From the NCBI RefSeq assembly GCF_000186885.1, contig NC_014972.1, positions 2,310,001 to 2,342,000 on the forward strand: a stretch of 32,000 nucleotides of DNA, given 5' to 3'. Position 1 is the first letter of the stretch. Every line of letters begins with the position of its first letter. The position numbers and the translations under genes are program-made. Below, piece by piece: positions 9,541-20,792 of this stretch. Under the pieces are notes generated by a model. The model did no database searches. It had not been told where the DNA came from and saw only the letters and a list, made by a program, of their open reading frames with translations. Origin of the DNA: Desulfobulbus propionicus DSM 2032. Its GTDB lineage: Bacteria; Desulfobacterota; Desulfobulbia; Desulfobulbales; Desulfobulbaceae.

Positions 9541-10866
9541 ATGGAAATCGTTGTCGAACATCTCTCTGACCTGACAAAAAAACTGACCATCACCCTTCCC
9601 AAGGAAACCGTTGGCCCGGCCCTTGAAAAGGCCTATGCCAAGATCAACAAAGAGGTCAAGTTGAAGGGGTTCCGTCGCGGTAAGATTCCCCAAAGCGTAC
9701 TCGAAAACAATTTTGGTGCGCAAATTCAAGCCGAAGTGGGGGAAAAACTGGTCCAGGAGAGCTACTTTGACGCCATTGAAAAGGAAAAGCTTGAGCCGGT
9801 CGTCCATCCCGAAATTACCGAGCACAACTTTCCCGAAGACGGGACCTTTGTCTACGTTGCCTTGGTCGATATCAAACCCCAGTTCGAGCTCAAGGAGTAC
9901 AAGGGCCTTGAGGTGGAAAAACCGGTGGTCACCGTCAGCGATGAAGAGGTCGAAAACGAGATCAAGCTGTTGCAGCGCCATCAGGCGGTACTGCAGACCG
10001 CCGAGGAAGGCCACGCCATCGCCATGGACGACGTGGCCATCGTCGATTTTCAGGGCTTCCACAACGGCAAGGCGATGAAAGAGGTGCGCAACGAAAATTT
10101 CAGTGTCGATATCGGCATGCACCGCCTGGGCAAGGATTTCGAGGAAAAGCTGCTGGGCCTGAAAAAGGGCGACAAAACTCTTTACGAGATCACTTTCCCG
10201 GCCGACTATCCCAATCCGCTGCTGGCGGGTAAAACCGTTGAGTTCAAGGTGGACGTCAAAGACGTCAAAGTGCGGGTCAAACCCGAACTTGACGATGAGT
10301 TCGCCAAGGATATCAAGCCTGAACTGACCACCTTGGAGGAGCTGAAAAAGGATATCCGCGACCGTCTGCAGAAAACCAAGGACGATGCCCTGAAGGGTGA
10401 TCTTGACGACAAGATCATGCACAAATTGATTGACCTCAATCCTTTCGAGGTACCCCAACGGCTGGTCAACTACGAGATCCAGGAGATGCTCAAGCAGACC
10501 GAGGAGAATCTCAAACGCAGCGGCTTGTCGTTTGAGTCCGCCGGTATTAATTTGGAAGAGCTAGTCGAGAAAAACAAGGAGGTGGCCGTCAAGCGGGTCA
10601 AGGGCGATTTCCTGCTGAAAAAGATTGCCGAGATCGAGGAAATCAAGATTGCCGACGAGGACATCCAGCGCGGCTATCAGCGCATTGCCGACCAATATCG
10701 CATGACCCTGGATGAAGTGAAAAAATATTTTAAACGCCGCGAGGAAATTCTGCCGTTCATGAATGAGCTGCACAACGAGAAAATCCTCAATTTCCTGCGG
10801 GAACAGGCTAAATTCATCGAAGTGGCCGCCGCTACCGAACCCTCGGCGGCGCAGGCCGAAGCCTGA
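9541..10866 (+). CDS. tig: Trigger factor (ribosome-associated chaperone / PPIase)
   Basis: 441-aa acidic ORF with a typical Tig N-terminus and a GFRRGKIP ribosome-binding signature. It sits immediately upstream of clpP-clpX-lon, the conserved bacterial arrangement. Confidence 0.93.
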   Translation: MEIVVEHLSDLTKKLTITLPKETVGPALEKAYAKINKEVKLKGFRRGKIPQSVLENNFGAQIQAEVGEKLVQESYFDAIEKEKLEPVVHPEITEHNFPEDGTFVYVALVDIKPQFELKEYKGLEVEKPVVTVSDEEVENEIKLLQRHQAVLQTAEEGHAIAMDDVAIVDFQGFHNGKAMKEVRNENFSVDIGMHRLGKDFEEKLLGLKKGDKTLYEITFPADYPNPLLAGKTVEFKVDVKDVKVRVKPELDDEFAKDIKPELTTLEELKKDIRDRLQKTKDDALKGDLDDKIMHKLIDLNPFEVPQRLVNYEIQEMLKQTEENLKRSGLSFESAGINLEELVEKNKEVAVKRVKGDFLLKKIAEIEEIKIADEDIQRGYQRIADQYRMTLDEVKKYFKRREEILPFMNELHNEKILNFLREQAKFIEVAAATEPSAAQAEA

Positions 10867-10886
10867 TATTTGTTAAAGTGTTCCCC

Positions 10887-10926
10887 GACGGCGGGCCAGT
10901 CGGCCCGCCGTCACAATGTGTTTTCT
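10887..10926 (+). terminator. GC-rich hairpin between tig and clpP (partial terminator/attenuator candidate)
   Basis: Perfect 11-bp stem GACGGCGGGCC (10887-10897) / GGCCCGCCGTC (10902-10912) with a 4-nt loop. A TTTT run (10921-10924) starts only 8 nt after the stem, so this is not a textbook terminator. Confidence 0.45.
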
Positions 10927-10938
10927 GGAGAAGTGAAC

Positions 10939-11541
10939 ATGAACCTAGTCCCCATGGTTGTTGAACAGAGTCCGCGCGGCGAGCGGGCTTTTGATATCTA
11001 TTCCCGGCTGCTGAAGGAGCGGATCATCTTTCTTGGCACGCAGGTTAACGACGACGTGGCCAGCCTGGTGGTCGCCCAGCTGCTCTTTCTTGAAGCCGAG
11101 GATCCGGACAAGGATATCACCTTTTACATCAACTCCCCGGGAGGTTCGGTGACCGCCGGCATGGCCATCTATGACACCATGCAGTACATCCGTTGCGATG
11201 TGGCCACCCTCTGCATGGGGCAGGCCGCGTCCATGGGGGCCCTGCTGCTGGCCAGCGGCGCGGCTGGCAAACGGTTCGCCCTGCCCAATTCGCGGATCAT
11301 GATCCATCAGCCCATGGGCGGCTACCAGGGACAAGCCACGGATATCGATATTCATGCCCGGGAGATTCTACGCATGCGGCATGATCTCAACACCATTTTG
11401 GCCAGGCATACCGGCAAATCGATGAAGAAAATCCAGGCCGACACTGAGCGCGACAACTTCATGAGCGCCACGGAGGCATGCGAGTACGGTATCATCGACA
11501 AAGTTTTAACCAACCGCGAGGAACTGGGCGGGGAGAAGTAA
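10939..11541 (+). CDS. clpP: ATP-dependent Clp protease proteolytic subunit
   Basis: Track ORF 10870..11541 trimmed to ATG 10939 ([33 protein letters not shown]), with GGAGAAG 5 nt upstream. The catalytic Ser context GQAASMGA and the His context MIHQP are present. Confidence 0.95.
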   Translation: MNLVPMVVEQSPRGERAFDIYSRLLKERIIFLGTQVNDDVASLVVAQLLFLEAEDPDKDITFYINSPGGSVTAGMAIYDTMQYIRCDVATLCMGQAASMGALLLASGAAGKRFALPNSRIMIHQPMGGYQGQATDIDIHAREILRMRHDLNTILARHTGKSMKKIQADTERDNFMSATEACEYGIIDKVLTNREELGGEK

Positions 11542-11543
11542 CG

Positions 11544-12812
11544 GTGAGCAACGATTTCCACGATGAGCACAGTATAACCTGTGTGTGTTCGTTCTGCGGT
11601 AAAAGCCAGGAAGAGGTCGGCAAGCTGATTGCCGGACCCAACGTCTATATCTGCGACGAGTGCATCGGACTGTGCAATGAAATCATGATGGAATCTTCCG
11701 AGGAGGAGCACTCGCCGGCCGAGTTCGGCAATCAGGTGCTCAAGCCCAAGGAGATCAAGGCCTATCTCGACCAATATGTGGTCGGCCAGGAGCATGCCAA
11801 ACGAATCCTCTCGGTCGCGGTGCACAACCACTACAAACGCATCAGCGCCCCACCTGCCGACGACGATGCGGTGGAACTGCAGAAGTCGAACATCATACTG
11901 ATCGGCCCCACCGGCAGCGGCAAAACCCTGGTCGCCCAGACCCTGGCCCGACTGCTCAAGGTTCCGTTCACCATTGCCGACGCCACCACCCTGACCGAAG
12001 CCGGTTATGTCGGCGAGGATGTCGAAAACATCCTGGTCAGTCTCTTGCAAGCGGCGGACTATGACATCGAAAAGGCGCAACGGGGCATCATCTACATCGA
12101 CGAGATCGACAAGATCGCCCGCAAGTCGGATTCCGCCTCGCTGACCCGCGATGTCTCCGGCGAAGGCGTGCAGCAGGCCCTGCTGAAAATCATCGAAGGC
12201 ACCATGGCCTCGGTACCGCCCAAGGGCGGACGCAAGCACCCGCAACAGGAGCTGGTCCGCATCGACACCACCAATATCCTGTTTATTGTTGGCGGTGCCT
12301 TTGTCGGCCTGGACGGGGTGATCAAACGGCGAACCGGCACCCAGGCCATGGGATTTGGCGCCAAGGTGGTCAGCCAGAAGGAGCGCTCCATCGGTGAAGT
12401 GCTGGCCTCGATCCAACCCGAGGATCTGCTCAAGTTCGGCCTCATTCCGGAGTTGGTCGGCCGCCTGCCGGTGATTGCCACCATGGAAGAGCTGGTCGAG
12501 GAAGATCTGATTCGCATTCTCAAGGAGCCGAAAAATGCTCTGAGCAAACAGTATCAGAAATTGTTCGAATACGAAGGAGTCACCTTGCGATTCACCGAGG
12601 GCGCCTTCAAGGCCATCGCCCAGAAGGCCCTGGCGCGCAAGTCCGGCGCCCGCGGTCTGCGCTCGGTGATGGAAGAGTGCATGCTGGATGTGATGTACGA
12701 GCTGCCGTCAGACGAGCACGCCACCGAATGTGTCATCAATGAACAGGTCATCACCAACGGTGAGTACCCGGTCATTCTTTACGACAATGCCGAGACAAAA
12801 AAAATTGCCTGA
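11544..12812 (+). CDS. clpX: ATP-dependent Clp protease ATP-binding subunit ClpX
   Basis: Track ORF 11478..12812 overlaps clpP, so the start is set at GTG 11544, 2 nt after the clpP stop and preceded by GGGAGAAG. Zinc-finger motifs CSFCGK...YICDECI, Walker A GPTGSGKT and Walker [10 protein letters not shown] are present. There is no in-frame ATG before the zinc finger. Confidence 0.93.
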   Translation: MSNDFHDEHSITCVCSFCGKSQEEVGKLIAGPNVYICDECIGLCNEIMMESSEEEHSPAEFGNQVLKPKEIKAYLDQYVVGQEHAKRILSVAVHNHYKRISAPPADDDAVELQKSNIILIGPTGSGKTLVAQTLARLLKVPFTIADATTLTEAGYVGEDVENILVSLLQAADYDIEKAQRGIIYIDEIDKIARKSDSASLTRDVSGEGVQQALLKIIEGTMASVPPKGGRKHPQQELVRIDTTNILFIVGGAFVGLDGVIKRRTGTQAMGFGAKVVSQKERSIGEVLASIQPEDLLKFGLIPELVGRLPVIATMEELVEEDLIRILKEPKNALSKQYQKLFEYEGVTLRFTEGAFKAIAQKALARKSGARGLRSVMEECMLDVMYELPSDEHATECVINEQVITNGEYPVILYDNAETKKIA

Positions 12813-12821
12813 CAGCCGCCC

Positions 12822-15239
<2,418 letters not shown>

Positions 15240-15255
15240 TGCCGGCTGGCCTGAA

Positions 15256-15308
15256 CTCGGGTCGGACCGGCAACTGACTTTTGCCCACACCGAGCCTTTC
15301 TTTTTTCC
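15256..15308 (+). terminator. Possible intrinsic terminator downstream of lon
   Basis: Imperfect composite stem with outer CTCGG (15256-60) / CCGAG (15290-94) and inner GGCAA (15269-73) / TTGCC (15281-85), followed by CC and TTTCTTTTTT (15297-15306). The stem is irregular, hence the low confidence. Confidence 0.3.
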
Positions 15309-15324
15309 GGCACGGGCGACAAGG

Positions 15325-15741
15325 CTATGGCGTCTCGGGGTGCGAGCGAACACCTCTCGCGGCGCGGAAAAGACTCCGCTCGATCCGCGACTGAATGAGC
15401 TCCAAAAGTCCTGGATTTTCCAAATAAGGACAGGGGGCGTCATAAGGGAATTCACGGCACTGCCTGGGGCGGGCCTCATGAATGGTGCAACGCTTGCACA
15501 TTCGATCATCGGCCAACAGGATGCAGGAGCCGTCTTCCCTTGTTTTGAAGGTATTTTTGTTCTCCAGATAGCGACGCCGCACCTCGCCGTCATTGATGCC
15601 AAAGTGACGGGCCAAGCGGTTGATATCCTCGGCGGTGAGATACAGGGTGGCACCGGGCAAACGATAGCAACAGTAACCGGGGCAGAAGGTACAGTAGGAT
15701 TTGTTGCGGGCTAAAACGTATTGTTTCGGCATGTCGTCCAT
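15325..15741 (-). CDS. YkgJ-family Cys-cluster protein (CxxCxxCC zinc/iron-chelating domain, UPF0153-like)
   Basis: Track ORF 15325..15744 begins at TTG; the ATG at 15741..15739 is preferred. Motifs are CTFCPGYCC and CILLADDRMCKRCTIHEARPRQCREFP. The ATG shares one nucleotide with the upstream regulator stop (TGATG). Confidence 0.75.
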   Translation of the reverse strand: MDDMPKQYVLARNKSYCTFCPGYCCYRLPGATLYLTAEDINRLARHFGINDGEVRRRYLENKNTFKTREDGSCILLADDRMCKRCTIHEARPRQCREFPYDAPCPYLENPGLLELIQSRIERSLFRAARGVRSHPETP

Positions 15742-17171
15742 CAACGAAAACTCCTTGATTCAATGTGGTACCGCCGTAGCAGACGCTGGAAAGCCTGCCG
15801 TTCCATGCCGCAGTTTCGTGCGGCGGCGGTGACGTTGCCGCCGGCCGCTTGCAAGGCCCCGGCCAGGTAGACGGCGTTGAACCGGTGGAGGATGGCATTT
15901 TTTGCTTCCCGGTAGGGCAAGTGATCCAGCCCCTCCACAGCCAGCGGTCCGTGGCCGGACTCCGCATGGGGTTGCGGCGGTACAGGCGATTCCGACTCCT
16001 CCCAGAGATCCGCCACCTCAAGGACTGAGCCGCGGCAAAGCAGCACAGCCCGGTTGATTGTGTTCTGCAGTTCACGGACATTGCCCTGCCATCTGTGCTG
16101 CATCAAAGCCTGCAAGGCCTCGTCGCTGAATTCCAGACCATCCCGTCCGTGCTCGCGGCTGTACCGCTCAAGAAAATGCTGGGCCAGCAGCGGGATATCG
16201 CCAACCATGGCCGCCAGGCTCGGCATGGTCACGGTCATGACGTTGAGCCGGTAAAAAAAATCCTCCCGAAACTCTCCCCGCCTGATCTTGGCTTCCAAAT
16301 CCTGGTTGGTGGAAGCGATTACCCGGACATCCACCCTGAAGGTCTTGGTTTGTCCCAGGGGCTGGACTTCTTTTTCCTGCAACACCCGCAGCAGCTTGGT
16401 CTGCACGCTCACCGGAATATCGGCCACCTCGTCCAGCAGGATGGTTGTACCGTCGGCTTCGACGAACAAGCCGATCTTGTCGCGATCCGCTCCGGTAAAG
16501 GCCCCCTTGCGGTAGCCGAACAACTCGCTCTCCAGGATATGCTCGGGCAATGCCGGGCAATTCACCGTGATCATGGGACGGCCGGCCCGCGGCGAGAGGC
16601 CATGCAGGGCCCGGGCCGCCAATTCCTTGCCGGTGCCCGATTCACCGCGAATGAGCACGGTGACGTTACTCGCCGCAATCCGCCGCAACAGATCCACGGT
16701 TTGGACCAAGCGCCGCGAACGGCCAATGAAACCGTGCTGTTGCTCCTGGCTGCTCAGCCGGTGCTGGAGCTGCACGTTTTCTCGCAGCAGCTGGGTTCGT
16801 TCGAAAGCCCGGCCGACGGTGCGGATGATCCGTTCGTTATCGAAAGGTTTTTCGATGAAATCGTAGGCCCCGTCCTTCAACGCCTGAACCGCCATGCCTA
16901 TGGTGCCGTAGCCGGTCATCAGGATGGTGGTCACCGCAGGATCGATCATCCCTATCTGCTGGAGCAAGGCCAGCCCGTCCATGCCCGGCATCTTGATATC
17001 CGTGAGCACCACATCGGGCGAATCGCCCCGCATCCGCTCCAAGGCCTCCTCGGCTGAAGTGGCCGCGGTCACGTCATAGCCGCCCTTTTTCACCAGCACC
17101 TTGGTCAACAAAGTGAGCATGTCGCGTTCATCGTCAACGACCAGTACCTTGGCCTGTTTTCCGTGCTCCAT
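15741..17171 (-). CDS. NtrC-family sigma54-dependent response regulator (REC + AAA+ + Fis-type HTH)
   Basis: Track ORF 15741..17183 begins at TTG; ATG 17171 (MEHGKQAKVLVVDDE) is preferred, with GAGAGGG upstream. REC has phospho-acceptor VVLTDIKMPGMDG. AAA+ has Walker A GESGTGKE, the GAFTGA loop (RKGAFTGAD) and Walker B ILLDEV. The C-terminal HTH is NVTAAARNCGMERQAFQRLLRRY. Confidence 0.93.
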   Translation of the reverse strand: MEHGKQAKVLVVDDERDMLTLLTKVLVKKGGYDVTAATSAEEALERMRGDSPDVVLTDIKMPGMDGLALLQQIGMIDPAVTTILMTGYGTIGMAVQALKDGAYDFIEKPFDNERIIRTVGRAFERTQLLRENVQLQHRLSSQEQQHGFIGRSRRLVQTVDLLRRIAASNVTVLIRGESGTGKELAARALHGLSPRAGRPMITVNCPALPEHILESELFGYRKGAFTGADRDKIGLFVEADGTTILLDEVADIPVSVQTKLLRVLQEKEVQPLGQTKTFRVDVRVIASTNQDLEAKIRRGEFREDFFYRLNVMTVTMPSLAAMVGDIPLLAQHFLERYSREHGRDGLEFSDEALQALMQHRWQGNVRELQNTINRAVLLCRGSVLEVADLWEESESPVPPQPHAESGHGPLAVEGLDHLPYREAKNAILHRFNAVYLAGALQAAGGNVTAAARNCGMERQAFQRLLRRYHIESRSFR

Positions 17172-17179
17172 GATCCCTC

Positions 17180-18223
17180 TCAATCGTTGGCGCCGACCAT
17201 GGCCTGAAAATAGAGCTGGACAAACTTACCGGACATGGTGTCGGCCGAGGAAAAGCGAAGATCGTCCGCTGGTGGGATGCGGCCGGTCAGGGTTTCAAAG
17301 GCGTGCCGCGACAAACCGGAGATCGTTCCTTGCAACTCATCGCTGCGACGTTCCTTATCTGGGATGCACCAATAGCGGCAACGCGGCGGCCGATCAGCAA
17401 AGACCAGGCAGCCATCCTGGCCAAGCAGCGGACAACGAAGCGGCGCTTCGGGAAAGGCGTCGGCCAAGGCATCGGCGCTCAAACCGGGCTGGCGGTGGTG
17501 AAGTTCCTTGAGCAGCCGGGCCAGGCCGAGGGCCCGATCAATCACCTGCTGACGCTGTTCCTGGGTGAGACTCCTGTTGATTGCCTGGCTGAGGTGCATG
17601 CTTTCTATCAGCAGAAGTTCAAACGGCCGGCCGCAGCAGGCCGTGTCCCCCCGGCCGCAGCAGGCGTGGTCCGCGGGCGGGCTCCACAGTTCGTCAAAAT
17701 GGGCGATCAGTTGATCAAAGGCCCGAAGCAACGGCGAAACATCCAGGGACGGACGGTTGTCGATCCGAGGCAGCGCCGTCTGCAAGGAACCCACCTGCTT
17801 GCCGTATTGTTTCAGAAAGCGACGTTGGGCGAAAGTGGCCGGATTGGCGCTTTTCCCCTTCATGGTCTGTTCCGCCCGTTTGTAGTCAAAGCCCCGGCGC
17901 AGCAAATAGGCGGCGATAAAGGTGCCGGTGCGACCATGCCCCATGCGGCAATGCACCAGCACCTTCTTGTCGAGATAGATGGCCTCGTCCATCCAGTCCA
18001 GCACCTGTTCCATGGCTTCGAGATCCGGGGCGCATTCGTCGACCACCGGCAGATAGCGGACCTCGAAGCCGCTGTTTTCCTCAATCTGATGCAGATCGCA
18101 GAACTCGCCGCAGAGATTGACAATGGCGCGAATTCCCTGGGCGCGAATGGCATCCAGATCCTCGTAGGACATGGGCGCGTGGCCAGTGGCCAAATGGGGG
18201 GTAATCCAGTTCAACTGGTACAT
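17180..18223 (-). CDS. Dual-specificity (Cys-based, CX5R) phosphatase domain fused to a C-terminal YkgJ-type Cys-cluster domain
   Basis: 347-aa ORF. The N-terminal ~150 aa are DSP-like, with a P-loop VLVHCRMGHGRTGTFIAAYLL. The C-terminal half carries ACCGRGDTACCGRPFELL and CPLLGQDGCLVFADRPPRCRYW, the same pattern as the stand-alone YkgJ protein at 15325..15741. The start lies 4 nt after the dikinase stop. Confidence 0.8.
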   Translation of the reverse strand: MYQLNWITPHLATGHAPMSYEDLDAIRAQGIRAIVNLCGEFCDLHQIEENSGFEVRYLPVVDECAPDLEAMEQVLDWMDEAIYLDKKVLVHCRMGHGRTGTFIAAYLLRRGFDYKRAEQTMKGKSANPATFAQRRFLKQYGKQVGSLQTALPRIDNRPSLDVSPLLRAFDQLIAHFDELWSPPADHACCGRGDTACCGRPFELLLIESMHLSQAINRSLTQEQRQQVIDRALGLARLLKELHHRQPGLSADALADAFPEAPLRCPLLGQDGCLVFADRPPRCRYWCIPDKERRSDELQGTISGLSRHAFETLTGRIPPADDLRFSSADTMSGKFVQLYFQAMVGAND

Positions 18224-18227
18224 GATT

Positions 18228-20792
18228 CTAGGGGATAATGGAAGTTGTGGAGCCGTGGAAGCGGTCGGCCTTTTGAAAAAACAGCTGCACGCGCGAATCG
18301 ATTTCTTCCTCGCGCAGCACCATGTCGAGCAATTTGGTCATGCCGAGCAAACGGCCCACCGCAACCAACACGTCCAACAGCTCGCCAGCTGGACAACCCA
18401 TCAGGCGGGCATCGAGCAGGTCGGCGCGAACACTGACCTCAAACCCCAAACGTCCGAGAATCTGCCGCAGCAAGGCAATGCGGATCGAGCGTCCCTGATA
18501 ATCGCCGCCCCCGCCGGCAAAGCGCAACTGGCAGTGATTGGCCCGGCTGTCGCGGCCGCAGAGGCAGTCAATCAAGGTGAAGTGAAAGCCAAAGCGCATG
18601 TTCAGATTGAGATACTCCGGGCTGACCACCGCATAGGAGGCAAAATCCTTGGACCCGCCGCTGGCGATGCCGCCGGCCAGGGCCATGTCGCCGAATCCCT
18701 GCCAATCGAAATGGAGGTGACTCTGCCAGTCGATCTCAGGACTGCTGAGCCCCTGCCACAGGGCAAGAAACGGTGCGGCCTGCAAGCTCTCGGGGGCGAT
18801 GGCCGCCTGCTGTTCCTCGTTGGCAAAGGCACCGCCCACGTCAAGGAGGTAGATGTCGAGAGGCAGTTCGGTGGCCAGCTTGCGGCAGCGGGAGGCGGCG
18901 CCGCCGGCAGCAATATCGCCGAGGCCAAACATGATCTGCACCGCTTTTTCATGGGCATAACGGATGATGTCATGCAGCGAGCGGCAGGATTGGGGTCTGA
19001 ACTCTGGAGAGTGCGGGTCGAGTAGATGCAAGGGGGTGATATGGTCGAGCAGGCTGCGCAGCTTGGCAGCGTAGGGCGATCCTGCCACCTTTGCTTTCTT
19101 GCGGCTGCTGTCCAACAGTGCGTCAATCTTGCCCGGATACACCCTGCCCTGGTCGCCATCGACAGTAACCTCCTGGCCTTCAGGCAGGAGGACACGGGCC
19201 TGGGTTGCCTCCACCAGCAACACCACCCCGAATTCCCGACAGACAGTGGCAAAATGCCCCGTCACCGACCCCTGCTCACAGATCACCGCCGCAAGTCGGT
19301 CGATATACCGCACCAGGGATGGCGCAATGTGGCGGGTGACCAGAACGGTGGCGGAATCGAGAGCGGCTTGTTCCAAGCGGTCGAGATGCCGAATCACCCC
19401 GAGGGCAACACCGCCGGCCGCCCGCTTGGCATTGGCAAGCAGGGGATGACATTTCGCAGGCAGAGGGTTCGTCGTTATTTTGGCTGGCGGCTCCGTTCTG
19501 GACGATTCCCGGCACAACGGCCGCGATTGGAGGATGAACAGATGTCCCTCTGAATCCATGGCCCACTCGATATCCTGCGGGACGACGAAAAAACGCTCCA
19601 GTTCCCGGCCAACAGCTGCAAGGCGCGCGGCTTGCGCCTGGGTGAGCGAAAGAGTCGCGGCCTGATCAGCTGCCAGATCCTTCTCTTGGAGCTGTCCTTG
19701 GAACAGAACCAGCTGCTGCCGCTGGTTGCCGGCAACGATCCGGGTGGGGTGCTCACTTTCCGGACCAAAAACGAAAACATCCGGAACTACCGCTCCTCCC
19801 ACCAAGGGGAGGCCGAGGCCGCGGATGCTGTGCACCAGCAAAGATTGTCCCTCGGTCACCGAGGGGTCGCGGCTGTAGAGCACGCCGCTGGCCACGCTTT
19901 CCACCATCACCAACACCAGCACCGCCATGGCCGCGTCCTCGTCGCCAATACCGGCATGGATGCGGTACAGCAGGGCCTGGGGGGTATACTTGGAGGCCAA
20001 CACCTCGAGATAGGCCGCCAGCAGTCCATCCCGGTCAATGCCAAGCAGTGAATGGTATTGGCCGGCAAAGCTGTGGTCACCGTCCTCGTGCAGGGCGGAG
20101 GATCGAACCGCGACCCGGAGGATTTCATCCGGCCCCGTGACGGCCAGGCGGTCGTATTCAGCCAGGATTTCCTGGGCCACCAGCGGCGGAAGCTCCATCC
20201 GCCGGATCAGGGTCATCAGCGCCTGCGAGGCCTCGTCCAGGCTGAGGGGCACTTCGAGGTCAATTGCGGCCAAGAGCAAATCCAGGGCGGGCCGCAGTCG
20301 ATTATGCTCGATCAACAGGTCAAAGGTCGTGGCGGTGATGGTGAAGCCGTCGGGTACCTGGGCTTTGGCCTCGTGTTTGAGCAACAGTAGATGTTGGCTC
20401 TTGTTGCCTACCAGGGACGGCTCCGCTGGACTGTTGTGGTCGACAACAAAGGGAGGAATCAAGAATCGCTCCGGCGGAGCCAACACCAGACGGGCGTAAA
20501 AATCGTACTTGTTGAAATAGTCGCGCAGTGAACCGGCTATTCCGGGATGCATCTGCTCCAGGGCGGCAATCATGCCAGCTACCGCCTCGGCCAATTGCCG
20601 ATAGCGGCCGCGAGTCCGCGCCAGGTCTTCCTTTCGCCCCTCGTGGTAAAGCACCTCGAACTCGGCCATCAATTCATGGCACCTGCCGTCGAACCCAAGC
20701 AAGGCCTTGAACCCCTCGTAGGTTTGCTGGAGGATCCGGTCCGGAGCGAACAGCCGCAGTGACCAGTGTTTAAACAGCGCGCCGACCGCCAT
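18228..20792 (-). CDS. PpsA/PPDK-family dikinase-like protein (ATP-grasp PPDK_N + swivelling phospho-His domain) with unassigned N-terminal (~125 aa) and C-terminal (300 aa) regions
   Basis: Track ORF 18228..20930 trimmed to ATG 20792 (MAVGALFKHWSL), with GGGGAGGGGGG directly upstream; it overlaps the thiL end by 23 nt. ATP-grasp motifs: LVGNKSQHLLLL, VRSSALHEDGDHSFAGQYHS, MAVLVLVMVESVASGVLYSRDP, DIEWAMDSEGHLFILQSRP. Swivel-His motif: EQGSVTGHFATVCREFGVVLLV. The last 300 aa (18231..19130) lack the GTNDL and CGE motifs of PEP-utilizers_C. Confidence 0.8.
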   Translation of the reverse strand: MAVGALFKHWSLRLFAPDRILQQTYEGFKALLGFDGRCHELMAEFEVLYHEGRKEDLARTRGRYRQLAEAVAGMIAALEQMHPGIAGSLRDYFNKYDFYARLVLAPPERFLIPPFVVDHNSPAEPSLVGNKSQHLLLLKHEAKAQVPDGFTITATTFDLLIEHNRLRPALDLLLAAIDLEVPLSLDEASQALMTLIRRMELPPLVAQEILAEYDRLAVTGPDEILRVAVRSSALHEDGDHSFAGQYHSLLGIDRDGLLAAYLEVLASKYTPQALLYRIHAGIGDEDAAMAVLVLVMVESVASGVLYSRDPSVTEGQSLLVHSIRGLGLPLVGGAVVPDVFVFGPESEHPTRIVAGNQRQQLVLFQGQLQEKDLAADQAATLSLTQAQAARLAAVGRELERFFVVPQDIEWAMDSEGHLFILQSRPLCRESSRTEPPAKITTNPLPAKCHPLLANAKRAAGGVALGVIRHLDRLEQAALDSATVLVTRHIAPSLVRYIDRLAAVICEQGSVTGHFATVCREFGVVLLVEATQARVLLPEGQEVTVDGDQGRVYPGKIDALLDSSRKKAKVAGSPYAAKLRSLLDHITPLHLLDPHSPEFRPQSCRSLHDIIRYAHEKAVQIMFGLGDIAAGGAASRCRKLATELPLDIYLLDVGGAFANEEQQAAIAPESLQAAPFLALWQGLSSPEIDWQSHLHFDWQGFGDMALAGGIASGGSKDFASYAVVSPEYLNLNMRFGFHFTLIDCLCGRDSRANHCQLRFAGGGGDYQGRSIRIALLRQILGRLGFEVSVRADLLDARLMGCPAGELLDVLVAVGRLLGMTKLLDMVLREEEIDSRVQLFFQKADRFHGSTTSIIP

